Positions 7,507 to 12,790 of a DNA stretch of 12,790 nucleotides are shown piece after piece. Under the pieces are notes generated by a model. It had not been told where the DNA came from, made no database searches, and worked only from the letters and a program-made list of their open reading frames with translations. The position numbers were made by a program, and so were the translations under genes. The stretch's first letter is position 1. Each line of letters begins with the position of its first letter. Origin of the DNA: a bacterium (GTDB lineage Bacteria; Sysuimicrobiota; Sysuimicrobiia; Sysuimicrobiales; Humicultoraceae); NCBI GenBank assembly GCA_041497675.1, contig JBGQGY010000105.1, positions 1 to 12,790 of the forward strand, given 5' to 3'.

Positions 7507-8706
7507 ATGAGCACGCTCATCAAGTGTGGCACCCTGATCGACGGGACCGGCGCGCGGCCGGTGTCCGGTGGGGCGATTCTCGTCGAGGGGACGGCGATCA
7601 CCGCCGTCGGGTCCGCCGACAAAGTCAGGGCGCCGTCGGGTGCGACCGTGATCGACCTCTCGGGGTACACGGTCATAGCGGGGATGATCGACTGTCACGA
7701 TCACTTGCAGTTCGACACGGGTGATGAAGAAGTGATGTCGCGCGAGCCGCTGGGGTGGCTGCAGGCCCGCGCGGCCAAGAACGCGCGTCAGTTGCTGCGC
7801 GCCGGGATCACGACGGTACGGGACGTCGGCGGCAAGGGGTTCGGCGACATCGAGATCAAGAAGGCGATCGAGGCCGGTCTCATCCCTGGGCCGCGCCTGC
7901 TCGTGTCCGGACACTTTGTCGTGCGCACCGGCGGCCACGCCTGGTACCTGGGTGAGCAGGCCGATGGTCCGGATGCCATCCGGGCGACGATCCGCCGGCA
8001 ACTCCGTGCCGGCGCCGACCTCGTGAAGGTTATGATCACGGGCGGCATCGCCACCAAGGGCATGGATCCCGTGGGCGCCACCTACACGCGAGAGGAGATC
8101 TGGGCGGCCGTCGATGAAGCGCACCGCGAGGGCAAGAAAGCCGCCGCACACGCCTACGGCGGCCCGGCGGTGATGCATGCTGTCGAGGCCGGTCTCGATT
8201 CGGTCGAGCATGGGGCGATGTGTTCGGACGACGAGCTCAAAGCCATGGCCGGCAAGGGGACGTATCTGGTCTGCACCTACGGGGTCATGGAGCACGTGGT
8301 CGCCACACCCAGCATCCCCGACTTCTTCCGCGAGAAGGGTAAGCAGGTTCTGACGCGGTATGTGGACACTCTGAGCCGAGCGCGAAAGATGGGAGTGAAG
8401 GTGGCCGTGGGCGGGGACACGTACCACGCCGACCCCGGCGCCGAACTCGCGGCTCTGGTGAAGGGCGGGTTTACCGCGATGGAGGCCCTGCAGAGCGTCA
8501 CCCGCAACGGCGCCGACCTGTGCGGCATCCTGAATCAGGTGGGGACCCTCGAAGCGGGCAAGCGGGCGGACATCGTCGCGATCGACGGGAACCCGCTGGA
8601 TGATGTGCGTGCCGTGCGCAACGTCCGCTGGGTGATGTTGGACGGGATCGTCAGACGGAGGCTCGACGGTGGTCTGGAAGACCCGGGCGCTCTGACCCGG
8701 CTATAG
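7507..8706 (+). CDS. Metal-dependent amidohydrolase (amidohydrolase superfamily, subgroup A / Xaa-Pro dipeptidase-like)
   Basis: GTLIDGTG, IDLSGYTVIAGMIDCHDH (HxH), GITTVRDVG, PGPRL, TGGH, GADLVKVMITGG (carboxylated Lys position), AAHA, SVEHG, VGGD, GTLEAGKRADIVAIDGNPL. AGGAGG SD at 7492-7497. Confidence 0.94.
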   Translation: MSTLIKCGTLIDGTGARPVSGGAILVEGTAITAVGSADKVRAPSGATVIDLSGYTVIAGMIDCHDHLQFDTGDEEVMSREPLGWLQARAAKNARQLLRAGITTVRDVGGKGFGDIEIKKAIEAGLIPGPRLLVSGHFVVRTGGHAWYLGEQADGPDAIRATIRRQLRAGADLVKVMITGGIATKGMDPVGATYTREEIWAAVDEAHREGKKAAAHAYGGPAVMHAVEAGLDSVEHGAMCSDDELKAMAGKGTYLVCTYGVMEHVVATPSIPDFFREKGKQVLTRYVDTLSRARKMGVKVAVGGDTYHADPGAELAALVKGGFTAMEALQSVTRNGADLCGILNQVGTLEAGKRADIVAIDGNPLDDVRAVRNVRWVMLDGIVRRRLDGGLEDPGALTRL

Positions 8707-8722
8707 CGAGGGGGGCAAACAC

Positions 8723-10240
8723 ATGGGTCGCTTCAGACGAGTACTGATCGGAGTCGTAGGACTTGCCCTGGCGGTCACGCTGGGGGCCGGCCCGACCGCG
8801 GGAGCGCCCGCAGACGAATTGGTGGTCGCGGAGGCCGTGACTCAGGAGACGCTGGATGGGCAGCGCACCACGGTGCAGACGACCCTCAACGTGACGTTTC
8901 TCATCAACGAACCACTCTTGTGGCTGGACTATTCTGACAGGGAGATCAAGCCGCTGCTCGCCACGAGTTACCGGCTCGTCAGCAACACCATCTGGGAGTT
9001 TAAGCTTCGTGAAGGCGTCAAGTTCACCAACGGCGAGGAGATGGATTCGGCGGCCGTGAAGTTTTCGCTCGACCGCATCCGCCGGCCCGAACTGCGAACG
9101 CCGCTCTCGATCTACGTCCGGAACTTCCGAGAAGTCGTCGCGGTGGACAAATACACGGTCAGGGTCATCACGACCATCCCGACACCGGTGCTTCCGCTCT
9201 ACATGACCCGCATCGGCATTCATCCGCCGCGCTACCTCCAGGAGAAGGGGGACGAAGAGTTCGGCCGCAACCCGGTCGGGACCGGGCCGTACAAGCTCGA
9301 GCGGTGGGTGCGAGGCGAACGAGTGGTCCTTGCCGCCAATGAGGCGTACTGGGGGCCCAAGGCCAGCGCGCCGCGGCTCGTATGGCGCTATATCCCCGAG
9401 AACGCGACACGTGTGGCCGCGCTCGGCTCCGGCGAGGTGCATATCGCCGCGACGATCCCGTATCAGGACGCCGCGGGTCTCAAGTCGCGCGGCATGAGCG
9501 TCTACCCGGTGAACACTCTGCGCACCATGTTCGTGCAATTCAACCTCCTCAAAGAGAGCCCGGTGAAGAACAAGAAGGTGCGCCAGGCGCTCAACTACGC
9601 CGTCGACAAAGACACCATGATCAAAACCGTGCTGGACGGCTACGCGCGCAAACTAGACGGTCAATTGCTGACCCGTGACTACTTCGGCTACCATGACGGG
9701 CTGAAAGCGTACCCGTATGATCCCAACAAAGCCAAGCAACTTCTGGCGGAAGCCGGGTTCGCCAGTGGGCTGAGCGTGACAATGACGGGCCCGCCGGAGC
9801 GTTACGTCCTCGGCAAAGAGACGATGCAGGTGCTGGCGGCGATGTTCGAGCGCGTGGGCGTGAAGACGACGCTCAACTACGTCGAGTTCGGGCGGTTCGT
9901 GCAACTGCTCCTGAGCAAGGACTACCCGGATATGGCATTCTGGGGTGCCGCGACGGTGCCGGACGCCGACGTGTACCTGGGCGCGATCTTCGTGCGCGGT
10001 GGCGCCTATTCGGCCAACGCCAGCGACGAGTTCGATGAAGCGTACAATCGCGCGGCACGGACGATGGACCCCACGCGTCGCCTGGACCTGTACAAGCGGG
10101 CCGCGGAGGTCCTGTACGAAGAGGCGCCCGCGCTCTTCCTGCACCAGCAGACAAACGTTTTTGCGGCGAACTCGCGGGTTGCCGGCTTCAGGCCGGATCC
10201 TGATGAGGGCATTCGCGTGCAAGGCGTCCGGCTGCGGTAG
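8723..10240 (+). CDS. ABC transporter substrate-binding protein, family 5 (DppA/OppA/NikA-like)
   Basis: Sec-type signal peptide (MGRFRRVLIGVVGLALAVTLGAG...), PLLATSY, WEFKLREGVKFTNGE, PVGTGPYKL, VRQALNYAVD, YPYDPNKAKQLLAEAG. GAGGGG SD upstream. Confidence 0.96.
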   Translation: MGRFRRVLIGVVGLALAVTLGAGPTAGAPADELVVAEAVTQETLDGQRTTVQTTLNVTFLINEPLLWLDYSDREIKPLLATSYRLVSNTIWEFKLREGVKFTNGEEMDSAAVKFSLDRIRRPELRTPLSIYVRNFREVVAVDKYTVRVITTIPTPVLPLYMTRIGIHPPRYLQEKGDEEFGRNPVGTGPYKLERWVRGERVVLAANEAYWGPKASAPRLVWRYIPENATRVAALGSGEVHIAATIPYQDAAGLKSRGMSVYPVNTLRTMFVQFNLLKESPVKNKKVRQALNYAVDKDTMIKTVLDGYARKLDGQLLTRDYFGYHDGLKAYPYDPNKAKQLLAEAGFASGLSVTMTGPPERYVLGKETMQVLAAMFERVGVKTTLNYVEFGRFVQLLLSKDYPDMAFWGAATVPDADVYLGAIFVRGGAYSANASDEFDEAYNRAARTMDPTRRLDLYKRAAEVLYEEAPALFLHQQTNVFAANSRVAGFRPDPDEGIRVQGVRLR

Positions 10241-10253
10241 ACGGGAGGCCATG

Positions 10254-11048
10254 ATGGCGAAGGTCGCACTCGGCGAGATGACCTGGAAGGAGGTCGCGGA
10301 AGCGATCAAGGGTGGAGCCCGGGTGATCGTGATCCCCATGGGGTCCACCGAGCAACACGGACCGCATCTTCCCCTGCTCACCGACAGCCTGATGGTAGAA
10401 TCCGTGGCCAGAATGGCGGCGGAACGGGCGGGCGGGGTGCTGGTCGCACCACTCATCCCCTACGGGACGTCGGACAACCACCTGGATTTTGCCGGCACGG
10501 TCTCGCTGCGTCTCGACACGCTGCGGGCACTGATCGTCGACGTGGGGCGCACGCTTGCCGGCCACGGGTTCGACGTTATCGTGCTGCTCAACGGTCACGG
10601 CGGCAACTTTCAGGCCCTCGCGGCTGCGGCCTACGATCTGCGCCAGATCACCGGCAAAGTGGTTGCGGCCATCAACTGGTTTGCCTACGTCAAGGACGGC
10701 TACCGCCACATGGAGAGCCAGTACACGTGGCACGCCGACGAGAGTGAGACCTCGCTGATGCTCCATCTGCACCCGGATCGGGTGCAGATGGGGTGGGCGG
10801 TCAACGAGGCGCCGCGCGCCATTCCGTTCTTCGAGTTCACGCACGAGGCGCTGCTCACGACCAAGGTCGACCTCGGGCTGCCGCGCACCAAGGCGGTCGT
10901 GAATTCCGGAACCTTCGGCGACGCGAGACTCGCCACGGCCGCGAAAGGCAAAGCGTGCGTGGACGAGGCCGTCGCCGCGCTTGTCCAGGTGCTCCAGAAA
11001 CTGCGGACCCAAGGACCGGAGATCGCGCCACACTTTCGCCAGGCCTGA
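10254..11048 (+). CDS. Creatininase family amidohydrolase
   Basis: LGEMTWKEV, IPMGSTEQHGPHLPLLTD, YGTSDNHLDFAGTVSL, LNGHGGN, WHADESETS, SGTFGDARLATAAKG. GGAGG at 10244-10248 favours ATG 10254 (alternative 10251); the 9945 start in the ORF track is an upstream extension. Confidence 0.95.
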   Translation: MAKVALGEMTWKEVAEAIKGGARVIVIPMGSTEQHGPHLPLLTDSLMVESVARMAAERAGGVLVAPLIPYGTSDNHLDFAGTVSLRLDTLRALIVDVGRTLAGHGFDVIVLLNGHGGNFQALAAAAYDLRQITGKVVAAINWFAYVKDGYRHMESQYTWHADESETSLMLHLHPDRVQMGWAVNEAPRAIPFFEFTHEALLTTKVDLGLPRTKAVVNSGTFGDARLATAAKGKACVDEAVAALVQVLQKLRTQGPEIAPHFRQA

Positions 11049-11052
11049 CGCC

Positions 11053-11970
11053 ATGGCCCGCTATATGGTGGGGCGGCTCGCGTATTCGGTCGTGGTGATC
11101 TTCGGCGTCGTGGTCGTGGTGTTTGCCATCATGCGTCTGACCGGCGACCCGGCCGCGCTGCTGCTGCCGCTTGGATTCACCCAGGACGACCTCCAACAGG
11201 TGCGGCACGAGATGGACCTCGATCAGCCCCTGCACGTGCAACTGGCCAAGTATCTCTCACGGGCGGCCCGCGGTAACTTTGGGCAGTCGTTGCGTTACCA
11301 TGACAGCGCCATCCGGCTGGTGCTGGAGCGGGCGCCGGCGACCTTGTGGTTAACCGCCGGCGCGATGGTCGTGATGGGACTGGTCGCGCTGCCGCTTGGC
11401 ATCCTGGCCGCGTCGCGCCGCGACTCCCTGCTGGACGCGGCCGCCAGTGCGGTCGCGCTGACTGGCCAGGCGATGCCGACCTTCTGGCTCGGCATTATTT
11501 TCATCCTGGTGTTCGGTCTGCGCCTCCGGTGGCTGCCGACGTCGGGGAGTGGAACGGTGTGGCACCTGGTCATGCCGAGCATCGCGCTTGGGGCGTTCTC
11601 GGCTGGTCTCACGACGCGGCTCGTGCGCAGCAGCCTGCTCGAGGTGCTCTCGCAGCACTACGTGCGGACCGCCCGCAGCAAGGGGCTGTCCGAACGGCTC
11701 GTCATCTTCAAGCACGCGCTGCGGAACGCCGCGATCCCGGTCGTGACGATCGCCGGCCTGCAACTGGGGACGCTGTTGGGCGGCGCGATCGTGACCGAGA
11801 CGGTCTTCGGCTATCCGGGCATGGCCCGCCTCGCGGTCGAGGCGGTTTTCTACCGCGACTTCCCGGTGGTGCAGGCGTTCGTCGTCGTGACCGCCATCGT
11901 CATGGTCGGCATCAACGTCCTGGTCGACGTGTGCTACGTGGTCCTCGACCCGAGGATTACGTATACATAA
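11053..11970 (+). CDS. dppB: ABC transporter permease, DppB/OppB family
   Basis: MARYMVGRL, TGDPA, LDQPLHVQ, GNFGQS, MPTFWLG, EAA-type loop YVRTARSKGLSE...KHALRNA, GAIVTETVFGYPG, RDFPVVQ, LDPRI. Starts 4 nt after the creatininase stop. Confidence 0.95.
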   Translation: MARYMVGRLAYSVVVIFGVVVVVFAIMRLTGDPAALLLPLGFTQDDLQQVRHEMDLDQPLHVQLAKYLSRAARGNFGQSLRYHDSAIRLVLERAPATLWLTAGAMVVMGLVALPLGILAASRRDSLLDAAASAVALTGQAMPTFWLGIIFILVFGLRLRWLPTSGSGTVWHLVMPSIALGAFSAGLTTRLVRSSLLEVLSQHYVRTARSKGLSERLVIFKHALRNAAIPVVTIAGLQLGTLLGGAIVTETVFGYPGMARLAVEAVFYRDFPVVQAFVVVTAIVMVGINVLVDVCYVVLDPRITYT

Positions 11971-11978
11971 ATTGTTCG

Positions 11979-12790
11979 ATGAGGCCACCCCCCCGGAATC
12001 GCACGCATCGTCGTCTGCGCAGCTTCCGCCGTTCCTGGAAAGCTATGGTAGGCACCATGATCATGGCGGTGATTGCGATCGCCGTCGTGTTGGCCCCCCG
12101 CCTCGCGCCCTACGGCCCACTGGACCAGCACATCGTTGACCGCTTGAAGCCGCCGGTGTTCGCCGGCGGCACGCGCCAGTACGTGCTGGGGACCGATCCG
12201 GTCGGACGAGATGTGCTTTCAAGAATCATCTTTGGCAGCCGCGTATCGATCGCGGTCGGACTGAGCGCGGTGCTGATCGGCGGGTCGTTGGGGCTCACGC
12301 TGGGCATGATCTCAGGCTATTATGGGTCGACGGCCGACATGGTGATCATGCGCATCGCCGACCTACAGCTCGCCATTCCATTTCTCGTTCTCGCGATCGC
12401 CATTATCACCGTGCTCAAACCTGGGTTGCTGAGTATTGTTCTTGTACTGGGTCTCTCGAGCTGGGTGACGTACGCGCGGGTGACCCGGGGCCAAGTCCTG
12501 TCCGTGCGCCAGCGTGACTTCGTGGAGGCGGCAAGGGCCCTGGGGGGATCGGAGGCACGCGTGTTGCTACGGCACATGCTGCCCAACGTCATCGCGCCGG
12601 TTATCGTCGTCGCGACGCTGGAGGTCGGCCGGATGATCCTCGCGGAGGCCGCGCTGTCGTTCCTGGGTCTGGGGATCCAGCCGCCGGCGCCCACGTGGGG
12701 CGGGATCACCGCCGACGGCCGTGACTGGCTGGGTACGGCGTGGTGGATCAGCACGCTGCCGGGGATCGCGATTCTCCTGACGGTGATGGC
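11979..12790 (+). CDS. dppC: ABC transporter permease, DppC/OppC family, 3'-partial
   Basis: Not in the ORF track because it has no stop in the window. Manual translation from ATG 11979: MRPPPRNRTHRRLRSFRRSWKAMVG...LAPYGP...RLKPP...LGTDPVGRDVLSRIIFGSRVSIAVG...DFVEAARALGGSEARVLLRHMLPN...EAALSFLGLGIQPPAPTWG...WWISTLPG. Confidence 0.95.
   Translation, partial: MRPPPRNRTHRRLRSFRRSWKAMVGTMIMAVIAIAVVLAPRLAPYGPLDQHIVDRLKPPVFAGGTRQYVLGTDPVGRDVLSRIIFGSRVSIAVGLSAVLIGGSLGLTLGMISGYYGSTADMVIMRIADLQLAIPFLVLAIAIITVLKPGLLSIVLVLGLSSWVTYARVTRGQVLSVRQRDFVEAARALGGSEARVLLRHMLPNVIAPVIVVATLEVGRMILAEAALSFLGLGIQPPAPTWGGITADGRDWLGTAWWISTLPGIAILLTVM

Noticed and set aside
9945..10253. N-terminal extension of the creatininase ORF in the ORF track
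   Set aside because: Overlaps the SBP gene in another frame; the SD and family similarity begin at 10251/10254.
10254..11048. Mycofactocin (MftE) or other RiPP system
   Set aside because: No precursor peptide, RRE or radical SAM gene in the window; the context is catabolic transport.

Overview
GC-rich (roughly 65-67% in coding parts) bacterial catabolic region with two blocks. Left block (+ strand): a 5'-truncated NAD(P)-dependent aldehyde dehydrogenase, a benzoate-CoA-ligase-family aryl-CoA ligase, a two-subunit GctAB/CatIJ-type CoA-transferase and a MaoC-type hot-dog dehydratase, converging on a minus-strand thiolase. Right block (+ strand, divergent from the thiolase): a CMD/AhpD-fold protein without CxxC, a metal-dependent amidohydrolase, a family-5 (Dpp/Opp) ABC substrate-binding protein, a creatininase-family amidohydrolase, and DppB and DppC permeases (DppC runs off the window). 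Two non-canonical intervals interrupt the left block. One is a minus-strand apparent deletion scar (2814-3049) joining the start of an ABC ATPase out of frame to the tail of another gene. The other is an AT-rich (~47% GC) frameshifted small membrane-protein gene (4830-~5050) whose second frame runs unbroken into maoC. No rRNA, tRNA, CRISPR array, transposase or regulator gene was seen. Best candidate for an undescribed system (inference only): uptake and double amide hydrolysis of an unknown amide or cyclic amide, possibly linked to CoA-dependent degradation of the released (hetero)aromatic acid.
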